The position numbers and the translations under genes were made by a program. The notes beneath the pieces were generated by a model. The model saw only the letters and a program-made list of their open reading frames with translations. It was not told where the DNA came from and searched no databases. 58,918 nt of DNA. Source: Treponema sp. Its GTDB lineage: Bacteria; Spirochaetota; Spirochaetia; Treponematales; Rectinemataceae. The stretch is taken from positions 1 to 58,918 of the forward strand of contig JAAYWE010000162.1 in assembly GCA_012516755.1 (NCBI GenBank). The letters run 5' to 3'. Below, piece after piece: positions 9,081-18,325 of this stretch. Position 1 is the stretch's first letter, and every line of letters begins with the position of its first letter.

Positions 9081-10268
9081 TTATATACCAGATTTTAGCG
9101 CATCTGCGAAATCAAAGCATTTTCTTTCAGAATTATCGACAGCCGATTCAATTAGATTACCTAAAGCAAGCGATTCAAAATGGCTCCTCAGCTCGCCAAA
9201 ATCAGGCTTAAGAATTGGGTGCTTAGGGCTAAATAGGACACAGCAGTCTTCATAAGGCAAGATTGAGATATCATATGTGCCTATTTGTCGAGCGATAGCA
9301 ATGATCCCTTCTTTATCGATTCCGATCAGAGGTCTCAAAACAGGCAGGGAAGTTTTGCTCTGAGATAAGCGCATGTTTTCCGCTGTTTGGCTTGCAACTT
9401 GCCCAAGGCTTTCACCGGTTACGACAGAGTTTGCGTTTATGCGATGGGCAATTATATCGGCTACTTGCATCATTGCCATCCGAAGCATCAATGTTTTTGC
9501 CTCCTCATAAGATGCTTTAGCGATAGCAAGCTGAATATCCGTAAATGGTACAATCCATAGATTCATGCCTCCTGTCCAAATTGAGATGCGCGCGGCAAGG
9601 CGTTCGACTTTTTGCTGGGCCTCGGGAGAGGTATAAGGATAGCTATGGAAATAAATGCTTTCGAGTGCAAGACCCCGACAAGCCATCATGTATCCCGCTA
9701 CCGGTGAATCAATTCCTCCGGAGAGAAGCAGAACACCCTTGCCTTGGCTCCCTACAGGTAATCCTCTAGGTCCTGCAACGGTCCTGGAATAGACATAGGC
9801 TTGCTCTCGGATTTCAATCCTGATTATAAAATCTGGGTTATGAACATCTACAGAGAGCTTCGGATATTCGGAGAGCAGGCTATTACCGGCGACAACGCAT
9901 ATCTTGTAGGAATCCAAAGGGAAACTCTTGTCTGAACGTCTGGCTTCTATTTTGAAACTGTGCGAGCCAGCCGAAATCTCTGTCTTTGCACATTCGACTG
10001 TGGCCTGGCAGATCTCATCTATATCCTTTTTTATCCTAATGGCTTTTGCAACACCATTTATCCCCGGGCAATGCTGAAGCACGAATAGAGCCAATTCCGA
10101 ATCTTTCTCTTCCACAGTCAGGAAAAACCTGCCTGGATATTCCTCGAAAATAAATGGAATTCCCTTGAGCCTCTTGGTTATCTGTTCTTTCAAGCGGCGC
10201 GTAAATTCGCGTCTGTTGCCCAATTTTAGTTCGATTTCGCCCGGTTTAATCAGGAAAAGATCATGCAT
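9081..10268 (-). CDS. thiI: tRNA 4-thiouridine synthase ThiI (THUMP + PP-loop, no rhodanese domain)
   Basis: GEIELK.GNR, LLSGGIDSPVA, TGESLGQVASQT, RPLIG, EDCC; start set at MHDLF. Confidence 0.93.
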   Translation of the reverse strand: MHDLFLIKPGEIELKLGNRREFTRRLKEQITKRLKGIPFIFEEYPGRFFLTVEEKDSELALFVLQHCPGINGVAKAIRIKKDIDEICQATVECAKTEISAGSHSFKIEARRSDKSFPLDSYKICVVAGNSLLSEYPKLSVDVHNPDFIIRIEIREQAYVYSRTVAGPRGLPVGSQGKGVLLLSGGIDSPVAGYMMACRGLALESIYFHSYPYTSPEAQQKVERLAARISIWTGGMNLWIVPFTDIQLAIAKASYEEAKTLMLRMAMMQVADIIAHRINANSVVTGESLGQVASQTAENMRLSQSKTSLPVLRPLIGIDKEGIIAIARQIGTYDISILPYEDCCVLFSPKHPILKPDFGELRSHFESLALGNLIESAVDNSERKCFDFADALKSGI

Positions 10269-10281
10269 AGCCCCTGTATTA

Positions 10282-11463
10282 TCAGGTTTTGAGCCTTCGA
10301 TACAAGACCTCAGCCTGTTCCAGAAAAGAATCAATGTCTTGTGGGGTTGTCAATGGTCCGGTAGAGACACGAATTGATGAAAAAGCTATGTCATCAGGCA
10401 CTAGCATGGCCTTCAAGACTCTCCGTTCTGCAAGATGGATGTTCGACATACATGCTGAGCCAGTAGAGACAGCAATGTGGCAATCCGACAATGCTCGCAC
10501 CATAGTTTCTCCACCTAAACCAGGGAAAGCCATTGATATTATCGAAGGGACAAAGCCCTTGTCCTGGGGAATTCGTTCGGGAAGTGCGAGTGTATTGGGA
10601 ATGCTGGATATGCCATCTAAGAGTCGCTTCTCAAGTGCAATAGCTTTCTCTTGGTTTTCCTGCATCGATAGTGCCGCTTTTTCAGCGGCAAGAGAAAAGG
10701 CAAGTGCGCCAAACAGATTCTCGGTACCTGGCCTCATGCCAGACTCTTGTCCTCCGCCGCGGATAAAAGCTTCTAGAGGTCGAGCAATCCAAAGTCCGCC
10801 GACTCCTTTTGGTCCTCGAATTTTATGTGCTGATATTGCAAAGCTATCCGCATAGTCCTCAAGATCTCTAATTGATAATTTTCCAAGCGCTTGAACAGCA
10901 TCTACATGGAGCCAGGGCTTTTTTATCTTCTTTTGGAGAACAGTCTCCTTGATACTCTCCGCTATTGCCTTGATATTTTGAATAGCTCCTGTTTCATTGT
11001 TGACATTCATGATGCAGATAAGGGCTGTCTCTTTGCGAATTCTAGATTCGATTTGTTCGGCTTCAATATGTCCTTTCGAATCAGGATCGATCCTTGAAAC
11101 CTGAAGTCCTAGTCTCTCCAAAATGCGCATTTGCTCTTCAATTGCAGAGTGTTCGATCGAAGATATGATAGCGTGCATGGGTTTTTCTGCAGAACTAGCT
11201 CGTTTCAGCTTTTCAAGGATTGCAAAGATAGGAATGTGATCTGCTTCAGTTCCACCGCTTGTAAAAATAAGGCTCCCTTTTGTAACACCCATGGAGCGCA
11301 TGACTCTCAAACGCGATTCTTCGAGAGCTTGCCGAGCCTCTTTTCCAAGCCAATACTTGCTTGAAGGGTTTCCATATGCTTTAAGACTGAATTCTAGTGC
11401 AATGCGCATTATGTCAGGATCGGGGGGTGCTGTTGCAGCCCAATCAAGATAGATGTCTTTCAT
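10282..11463 (-). CDS. Cysteine desulfurase (IscS/NifS/NifZ-like)
   Basis: IYLDWAAT, FTSGGTEA, NNETG, HVDAVQ, SAHK.RGPKG, STGSAC. Confidence 0.93.
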   Translation of the reverse strand: MKDIYLDWAATAPPDPDIMRIALEFSLKAYGNPSSKYWLGKEARQALEESRLRVMRSMGVTKGSLIFTSGGTEADHIPIFAILEKLKRASSAEKPMHAIISSIEHSAIEEQMRILERLGLQVSRIDPDSKGHIEAEQIESRIRKETALICIMNVNNETGAIQNIKAIAESIKETVLQKKIKKPWLHVDAVQALGKLSIRDLEDYADSFAISAHKIRGPKGVGGLWIARPLEAFIRGGGQESGMRPGTENLFGALAFSLAAEKAALSMQENQEKAIALEKRLLDGISSIPNTLALPERIPQDKGFVPSIISMAFPGLGGETMVRALSDCHIAVSTGSACMSNIHLAERRVLKAMLVPDDIAFSSIRVSTGPLTTPQDIDSFLEQAEVLYRRLKT

Positions 11464-11470
11464 CCAGAAC

Positions 11471-11773
11471 TTATGCTCCTAATGCCATTTTCCATTCTGT
11501 CTCAATGAATCCGATGAGATGTTCTCTGGAATCTATTACCATAAAAGGGAAGATGACATTTTCTTTAAATCTCTGGGTAAGCTCATTCTTAATCGCGTTT
11601 TTTGATTCAAGTGGAACCAGATCGATATAAAGATATTTATAGGCAAAATGATTCACATCGAGGAAGGTTAATGCTCTCTTACAAAAGATACAGGTGGATA
11701 GCGCATATACCATAATTTCATGATCTTTTCGCATGCCTTCTTTTTTCATAATAGAAATATTTTCTAGATTCAT
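11471..11773 (-). CDS. Glutaredoxin/NrdH-like protein
   Basis: YALSTCIFCKR CxxC motif, FP motif, IGF; GGAG SD before ATG 11773. Confidence 0.8.
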   Translation of the reverse strand: MNLENISIMKKEGMRKDHEIMVYALSTCIFCKRALTFLDVNHFAYKYLYIDLVPLESKNAIKNELTQRFKENVIFPFMVIDSREHLIGFIETEWKMALGA

Positions 11774-11865
11774 TAAGGTTCTCCAGATTTCAAGTATTAT
11801 ATATCCGAAATGGTATTTTTTGATATAGAGACAGTAGGTAATCCTTGGAAGGAAATCAGAATCTG

Positions 11866-11894
11866 TTGATAAAAGCCTTTGTTTCGTATACAGT
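11866..11894 (+). promoter_or_regulatory. Putative sigma70 promoter of lepA, probably leaderless
   Basis: TTGATA-17-TACAGT, then 6 nt, then ATG 11901; no SD. Confidence 0.55.
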
Positions 11895-11900
11895 TGGCCT

Positions 11901-13715
11901 ATGATTGAGCCCGCCTTCATTCGCAATTTCTGTATTATTGCGCATATAGATCATGGGAAAAGTACTCTTGCCGATAGATTTATCGAAAAGGCTCACCTTA
12001 TCGATTCAAGGAAATTCCAGGATCAGATGCTCGATAATATGGATATCGAACGAGAGAGAGGCATAACGATTAAGAGCCAGGCCATCAGTCTTCCTTATGT
12101 AGCCAAAAATGGAAAGACTTATATGCTTAATCTTGTCGATACCCCTGGACATGTCGATTTCTCTTATGAAGTCTCTAGGGCGATCGCCGCATGTGAGGGA
12201 GCTGTCCTGGTCATCGATGCTACACAAGGCGTCGAGGCGCAGACGCTTTCGAATATGTACATGGCTTTAGAACATGATTTGGAGATAATTCCGGTCATAA
12301 ACAAGATTGATATGGCTAGTGCCGATATCGAAGGCGTAAGAGGTCAGATCACAAAAGATCTAGGTTTGGAAGGAGAAAGCGCTCTTGCCGTATCCGCCAA
12401 ATTGGGAATCGGCATTGATGAGCTCTGCGAGGCGATTGTAGAGAGGATTCCATCGCCCAAGGGTGGAGCAGAAAATCCTCTTCAGGCTCTCATATTTGAT
12501 TCGCATTACGATCCATATAGAGGGGCTATCGTACACCTTAGGCTAAAAGAAGGTTCCATAAAGAAAGGTATGCATATCAGGCTCATGTCTACAGGGGCGG
12601 TCCATGAAGTAGAGGAGGTGGGGCATTTCAGAATGGCGCTTTCTCCAGCAATGGAGCTCTCTGCAGGCGAGGTGGGTTACTGCATTGCAGGTATAAAAAC
12701 CGTAAAAGAAGTACGCGTTGGTGATACTTTGACAGATCATGAAAATCCTTGTAATACTGCATTGCCTGGATTTAGAGAAGTAAAGCCAGTTGTATTCAGC
12801 TCAATTTATCCTATGGATTCTTCAGATTATGAGGAATTGAGAGATAGTCTCGAAAAGCTCGTACTAAACGATGCATCGCTTATATTTGAAAAAGACCATT
12901 CACTTGCCCTGGGATTTGGCTTTCGATGTGGATTTCTAGGACTGTTACATCTTGAGATTGTTCAAGAGAGACTTGAGCGCGAATATGATCAATCAATCAT
13001 TATGACTGCGCCGTCAGTTCGATATAAGGTGATTCTCAAAGATGGCTCAACCCTATATATCGACAATCCAAGCGACTATCCTGATCCCTCGCGCATTGAG
13101 AACGTAGAGGAGCCCTATATAAAAGCGGAGATAATTACACCCGTAGACTATATAGGCAATATAATTTCTCTCTGCGTAAGCAAACGTGGAAGTCAGCAAT
13201 CTTTTCTGCATTTGGATGAAAGGCGCGTAGAACTCGTATTTGAAATGCCTCTTGCAGAGGTCCTCTTTGATTTCTACGATAAACTCAAGTCTATATCGCG
13301 CGGATATGCCAGTTTCGATTATGTAGTGACAGGTTATAGGCCTACAGACCTTGTAAAATTGGACTTCTTAATAAATGGAGAGCCCGTTGATGCACTTTCG
13401 ATGCTTGTTTATAGGCCAAATGCATACGATCGGGCTAGGGTTGTCTGCGAGCGCTTGCGCAACAATATTCCACGCCAACAATTCAAGATTCCTATTCAGG
13501 GATCCATCGGAAGTCAGATAATAGCTAGAGAGACAGTCAATCCTGTTCGAAAAGATGTTCTTGCTAAATGCTATGGAGGGGATATAACACGCAAAAGAAA
13601 ACTGCTAGAGAAGCAAAAAGAGGGCAAGAAGAAACTAAAGATCATCGGAAATGTCGAGCTGGGGAAAGAAGTATTTTTGTCTGTGTTGCGCTCTAGTGAG
13701 GAAGAGGATAGATGA
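11901..13715 (+). CDS. lepA: Elongation factor 4
   Basis: [58 protein letters not shown]. Confidence 0.98.
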   Translation: MIEPAFIRNFCIIAHIDHGKSTLADRFIEKAHLIDSRKFQDQMLDNMDIERERGITIKSQAISLPYVAKNGKTYMLNLVDTPGHVDFSYEVSRAIAACEGAVLVIDATQGVEAQTLSNMYMALEHDLEIIPVINKIDMASADIEGVRGQITKDLGLEGESALAVSAKLGIGIDELCEAIVERIPSPKGGAENPLQALIFDSHYDPYRGAIVHLRLKEGSIKKGMHIRLMSTGAVHEVEEVGHFRMALSPAMELSAGEVGYCIAGIKTVKEVRVGDTLTDHENPCNTALPGFREVKPVVFSSIYPMDSSDYEELRDSLEKLVLNDASLIFEKDHSLALGFGFRCGFLGLLHLEIVQERLEREYDQSIIMTAPSVRYKVILKDGSTLYIDNPSDYPDPSRIENVEEPYIKAEIITPVDYIGNIISLCVSKRGSQQSFLHLDERRVELVFEMPLAEVLFDFYDKLKSISRGYASFDYVVTGYRPTDLVKLDFLINGEPVDALSMLVYRPNAYDRARVVCERLRNNIPRQQFKIPIQGSIGSQIIARETVNPVRKDVLAKCYGGDITRKRKLLEKQKEGKKKLKIIGNVELGKEVFLSVLRSSEEEDR

Positions 13716-13753
13716 AAGGGGGCTCTCAGTAAAAATGGACAGCCCCCTTTTTT
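13715..13753. terminator. Intrinsic terminator after lepA, probably bidirectional
   Basis: AAAGGGGGCT/AGCCCCCTTT stem followed by a T run. Confidence 0.75.
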
Positions 13754-13778
13754 ATTCCTTGTGCTGAAATACCTTTAG

Positions 13779-15368
13779 TTAATTAGACACAAAGAGCTTC
13801 GCAAAAGTAGCATTGAAGTTATCTTTAAATTTATCCGATGTTAGAATGGAATTTCGAATATGGTTCTCCATGGCGGTCTGGAAAAAATAGGGATAAGAGA
13901 ATTTTGTATAAGAGGTTTCCTGATCGCTTGCCTCTCTGTCTTCCGTGACCTTCATGACCACTACCGAAGCATCTAAGAGCACGGGTTCAGATACTGCATC
14001 TTTGGGTGTTGAGAAAAGCGTGGTAAGGAAAGTCTCGTTCTCTACAGCACCAACAAGATCGGTATCCAGCGAGCGATAAGGCTCTTGAAAAAGGCTAACT
14101 TGCTGACCATAGAAATAGAAACCTGGATTGCCGTAATTGAGTATAAAAGGACCTGCTGGCTTTACCTGGAGTCCGACTTTTTTTGCTGCAGATTCGAAGG
14201 ATTCGTTCATGACTTCAGCTTTGAATTCATTTGCCTTTGCCAGAGCCCAAGATTCAAGCACACTCTTTTCTCTATCAAAAATATAGCTTTTGACTTCGTC
14301 TAGGACGGATTGATTTGAGAAATCAGGAGCCTTCGCTTCGCTGTTTATTCGGTAAAAAGCCCAGGTGTTGCCGGTTTGTTTGTAGACCGGCGAAATTTCA
14401 CCCTTCTTGAGGCTCATGAGATTCTCTGCGTCTTTTTCATCAAGGAATTCGCCTTTCAAATCGTAGAAAGTCTTTGTACCCATATCGCCACCCTTATCCG
14501 CATAGACATCCTTTGAGTGGCTTTTTGCGGCGTCTTCAAAAGAAAGGCTGTTTTCCTTGATTTGGGATAGGACTTTCTTTGCGTCTTTTTCCGATGTGCT
14601 AATGGTAATCCTGGACAGACCAATCGTCCTGAAAAGAGACTCGTGAGACTTAGCCCATTCGAGCGTTTCCTCCACTGGGAAGTCGGCATAGGAGATGTTG
14701 ACATACTGAATTGCGCGTTGTGGCTTTGCCATCGATGCTACAAATTCGATTTCCGCAGTGGAAGGGGAAGCAGACATAAGGTCGTTGTAGTAGTTTTGGA
14801 TTAGCATATCTTCCCGGATACTATTTCTAATAGAAAGGCGGGTCGCAGCAGGAGTGCTGTTGTATTTTTCCAATGAGAACTTGCCGTCTACCTGGAATTG
14901 GGAATTCTTAGAAATTTCTTCATCAATTGTCTCTTCGCTTACCTTCATGCCAGATCGCTTTGCCGAATCTAGGATAGCCGTGCGGATCACTGTGTTTTGA
15001 AACGCGAGACGCCACACTTGATAGGCGTAGAGCTGCGATTGCGTTTCATCAAGTCCCTGCTGTCGAAGGTAGTCGTTTATCTGCGACACCTGCTGGGCAA
15101 AATAAGATCCTGAGGTATATTGTATTGGATTGCCATTCCACGATCCAAATGAAGGAAGCTTAGCGCCAGCACCTGTACCTGAGCTAATGCTTGGAATAAG
15201 CACGAATGCAATAATAGTAAGCACAAGAATGATTATCGTGCCAATATACACAAAGGGGTTCTTTATGGTTTTCTTTAGAGTGGTCTTGGTTTGTTTATTA
15301 TCGCCCTTTTTATCGCCGGATTTCTTAATGCCTGTTTTTGCTTGTTTTTCATTCTCTTCGGATGCCAT
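13779..15368 (-). CDS. SurA N-terminal/parvulin PPIase chaperone (PpiD-like)
   Basis: N-terminal TM anchor, SurA-like helical region, FEDAAKSHSKD..KGGDMG parvulin motif. Confidence 0.8.
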   Translation of the reverse strand: MASEENEKQAKTGIKKSGDKKGDNKQTKTTLKKTIKNPFVYIGTIIILVLTIIAFVLIPSISSGTGAGAKLPSFGSWNGNPIQYTSGSYFAQQVSQINDYLRQQGLDETQSQLYAYQVWRLAFQNTVIRTAILDSAKRSGMKVSEETIDEEISKNSQFQVDGKFSLEKYNSTPAATRLSIRNSIREDMLIQNYYNDLMSASPSTAEIEFVASMAKPQRAIQYVNISYADFPVEETLEWAKSHESLFRTIGLSRITISTSEKDAKKVLSQIKENSLSFEDAAKSHSKDVYADKGGDMGTKTFYDLKGEFLDEKDAENLMSLKKGEISPVYKQTGNTWAFYRINSEAKAPDFSNQSVLDEVKSYIFDREKSVLESWALAKANEFKAEVMNESFESAAKKVGLQVKPAGPFILNYGNPGFYFYGQQVSLFQEPYRSLDTDLVGAVENETFLTTLFSTPKDAVSEPVLLDASVVVMKVTEDREASDQETSYTKFSYPYFFQTAMENHIRNSILTSDKFKDNFNATFAKLFVSN

Positions 15369-15423
15369 TCGTTGTCCTTTCATCCATAATCCTTTAAAAA
15401 AGCTGCAATAAATTATCATGAGG

Positions 15424-16350
15424 CTATGGAATAGTCAACGAGAGCCCTGGCCATTTCTGCTTGGAGAGATAAGCAATGGCCTCTTTCTCAGATAGAAATC
15501 TCTTCCATGGATTCGGATCATCGATATTTTCATCGGCAATAGCTATTTCAAAGGGAGATATTCGCGCCTTATAATCCATTTTGGAGGCGCCGGGAACCCA
15601 AAAGCCTAGGTAATAATAGCGCTTATCTTCGGAATCATTGTCAGCTGCTTGGCTTTTTGCATCATCACGTCCAAGTTTGTGCTGTATTCTATTCTCATAG
15701 AAATGAGAAACCGATTCTCCCTTTATTTCCTTATTCAACAAAAGGTGTTTTGCCTTTTTTGCGAAACTGCTCAGGTAGGATTCAGCAAGGATTGAGAAAA
15801 AGCCTAAGCTCCGTCCTCTTGCATCAGGTTCAAAGGAGAAATAAACAGAAGACAATCCATCATCCAGAGGATCTACATGGCTTACTGCAAGCAGTTTCCT
15901 GCCTTTACTATTATCTCGATACTCAAATATCAGACTCCATGGTTCCAAGAGGTTTTTATAAGAGTCTTCTTTGAGGTCTTTGAGAGGTATGGAGTGTTTC
16001 CAAATAGAATAGCGCTGCCATAGTCTGAAATGCTCCTCATCGAATTCCGGTGGATTTGAAATAATAATGATATCATTATTTTTTTTTAGAATCCTATTCA
16101 AAGAAAGCGTAAGCTGAATTGACTCAGCCTTGATTCTTAGTGGAATACAGAGCTTGCAGCCAGGGCACTCCATTCGATAGATTTCTTTGCCATATCTTCT
16201 CCATCCATTCGATATCAAAGCACTATATAATCGAGAGTCAACTTCATCCTGAAAAATCAGCAAGTTCATCATAGTGGAATGATTATTGGATAGGTAAGGG
16301 CATGTTCCTTTGACTTGAAAATAAAGGACGTATCTATTCTCCGAAGTCAT
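15424..16350 (-). CDS. Bacterial ATE1-family aminoacyl-transferase (Bpt-like)
   Basis: CPYL, GWRRYG..YR..C..C..CIPLRI, SSVY.SFEP, SLG.FSIL, YYLGFWV...KMDYK. Confidence 0.85.
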   Translation of the reverse strand: MTSENRYVLYFQVKGTCPYLSNNHSTMMNLLIFQDEVDSRLYSALISNGWRRYGKEIYRMECPGCKLCIPLRIKAESIQLTLSLNRILKKNNDIIIISNPPEFDEEHFRLWQRYSIWKHSIPLKDLKEDSYKNLLEPWSLIFEYRDNSKGRKLLAVSHVDPLDDGLSSVYFSFEPDARGRSLGFFSILAESYLSSFAKKAKHLLLNKEIKGESVSHFYENRIQHKLGRDDAKSQAADNDSEDKRYYYLGFWVPGASKMDYKARISPFEIAIADENIDDPNPWKRFLSEKEAIAYLSKQKWPGLSLTIP

Positions 16351-16420
16351 GTCTATTTCCTTAAATCGCGCTACATTAATCTTAAGGCATTAAATCTGCA
16401 TAAAAAAGCTCTCTAGTAGC

Positions 16421-16449
16421 TTGATTGTTGGTCTTAGGCTGTATAATTT
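16421..16449 (+). promoter_or_regulatory. Putative sigma70 promoter of the pduO-type gene, probably leaderless
   Basis: TTGATT-17-TAATTT (overlapping TATAAT), then 6 nt, then ATG 16456; no SD. Confidence 0.6.
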
Positions 16450-16455
16450 AACTAT

Positions 16456-16977
16456 ATGAGCATTATTACCAAGACAGGCGATGAGGGCACAACAGGTCTC
16501 TGGTCTGGTGAGAGAATAGGCAAGGATTCGCCAAGAGTAGAAGCATATGGTACAATCGACGAACTCTCATCAGCCCTCGGGATGGCACGTCATCTCTGCA
16601 TGCAGGACAATGTTCTTTGCGCAATCGAGTATATTCAGCGCCTTCTATTCAGAGTAGCCGGGGAATTGGCATCTATGAGCATGCCTTTTGATAATCCTAT
16701 CAACGAAGATGACGAAAAGACAATTGAAGACAAGACCAATGAACTTGAAATGCGCATTCCCATAAGGAGCTTCGTCATGCCAGGAATGACCGGGGGTTCG
16801 GCGGCACTAGATCTGGCGAGGACAATTGCACGCAGAGCGGAGCGTCGCGTAGTCGCTCTTTCTAGAATAGAGCATGTTTCGCCTGTTTTGCTGCGCATAC
16901 TCAATAGGTTGTCTGATTATATATACATGCTCGCTCGTGAGGAAGAATCGAAACAAGGAAAGTTGACCTTTATCTAA
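16456..16977 (+). CDS. pduO: PduO-type ATP:cob(I)alamin adenosyltransferase
   Basis: TKTGDEGTT, YGTIDEL, ARTIARRAER, LNRLSD. Confidence 0.93.
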   Translation: MSIITKTGDEGTTGLWSGERIGKDSPRVEAYGTIDELSSALGMARHLCMQDNVLCAIEYIQRLLFRVAGELASMSMPFDNPINEDDEKTIEDKTNELEMRIPIRSFVMPGMTGGSAALDLARTIARRAERRVVALSRIEHVSPVLLRILNRLSDYIYMLAREEESKQGKLTFI

Positions 16978-17053
16978 GATTTCTTGGACAGAGCGCTTTG
17001 CTTGCTGATTCCATAACTCAAGCGGAGAAGCGAGAATTAAGGAGGTATTCCAA

Positions 17054-18325
17054 ATGAGGCTCTATTCCAAGGCGCAGATAGGTTTGGTTATTGTTGTCTC
17101 CGTGACTTTGACAGCTCTTTCAATTGCTGGCATAGTATTTGTTCTTGATAGATCTGATCAAAACCAATCAACTATGGCTGTCGCTTCTAAAATAGCTCAA
17201 GACGGCGATGGAGCGGTGTATATCCCAGAAATAACTAGCCTAGGTATTCAGGATGATAAGACCGCAAGTCTTTCTCTGCAGGTGGCGAATTCAACCCTGA
17301 GCATGAGCAGTTATAGTGCGGATGAGATCGAGAATATCACAATCTATGAAAAGTACAACGAATCTGTGGTCAACATCAACACCGAAGTGCTGGGTATAAA
17401 CTGGTTTCTGGAACCTGTGCCTCAGAGTGGCGGATCTGGTTCCGGGAGCATCATCGATGAGCAGGGTTATATTCTCACCAATAATCATGTGGTAGAAGGA
17501 GCATATAAGCTCTATGTGAGCCTTGCAGATGGCAGTCGTTATGAAGCAAAGCTAATTGGTACAGACCCCGAGAGCGACTTGGCCGTGATAAAGATTTCTC
17601 CGGAACCAGGAAAAAAGCTGAAGCCTATTCCTTTTGGAACATCGAAAGATCTTAAGGTAGGTCAGAAGGTATTAGCAATAGGCAACCCATTCGGTCTCGA
17701 AAGGACATTGACAGCTGGAATTATCTCTGGCCTAGGGCGTCCTATCCAGGAAAGCGAGACAACTATTCTTCAGAATATGATCCAAACCGATGCATCTATC
17801 AACCCTGGCAACTCCGGAGGTCCACTATTCAATATGAAAGGAGAGATGATCGGAATAAATACCATGATCTATTCGCCATCCGGAGGATCGGTAGGTATAG
17901 GTTTTGCAATTCCAGTAGATACAGCAGTTCGCATTGCTCCTCAGCTCATAAAGAACGGCCAAGTCAAGAGAGGTTGGATCGAGATGCAGGTAATCCAACT
18001 TTTCCCGGATCTTGTCAATTATCTACGCCAGAGTGGAAAAGCCGCACCTGTAGAGACTGGGCTTCTCGTGTCGACGGTGACTTCTGGTGGCAATGCAGAA
18101 AAAGCTGGCCTCAAAGGAGGCACAACCGCAGTGCGCTATAGATCGACAGTATTCTACATAGGCGGAGATATTATCGTGAGTATAGACGGCAAACCTGTCA
18201 CCAAAATTGCAGAACTATATGCAGCGCTGGAAGATACAAGTCCTGGGCAGCGCGTTAATGTCGAATTCTATCGTGGTTCGAAAAGGATGAGCACTGTAGT
18301 TATTCTTGCGGAGCGCAGGAGGTGA
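17054..18325 (+). CDS. htrA: HtrA/DegP-family serine protease with PDZ domain
   Basis: TNNHVV, DLAVIK, IQTDASINPGNSGGP; N-terminal TM; C-terminal GDII PDZ. Confidence 0.92.
   Translation: MRLYSKAQIGLVIVVSVTLTALSIAGIVFVLDRSDQNQSTMAVASKIAQDGDGAVYIPEITSLGIQDDKTASLSLQVANSTLSMSSYSADEIENITIYEKYNESVVNINTEVLGINWFLEPVPQSGGSGSGSIIDEQGYILTNNHVVEGAYKLYVSLADGSRYEAKLIGTDPESDLAVIKISPEPGKKLKPIPFGTSKDLKVGQKVLAIGNPFGLERTLTAGIISGLGRPIQESETTILQNMIQTDASINPGNSGGPLFNMKGEMIGINTMIYSPSGGSVGIGFAIPVDTAVRIAPQLIKNGQVKRGWIEMQVIQLFPDLVNYLRQSGKAAPVETGLLVSTVTSGGNAEKAGLKGGTTAVRYRSTVFYIGGDIIVSIDGKPVTKIAELYAALEDTSPGQRVNVEFYRGSKRMSTVVILAERRR

Noticed and set aside
8896-9255. 119-aa ORF
   Set aside because: Runs across the tRNA-Glu promoter, the tRNA and the antisense of thiI
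10289-10855. Long antisense ORFs (also 22145-22546, 34710-35105, 43931-44452 and others)
   Set aside because: Shadow frames opposite well-supported genes, with no independent motifs
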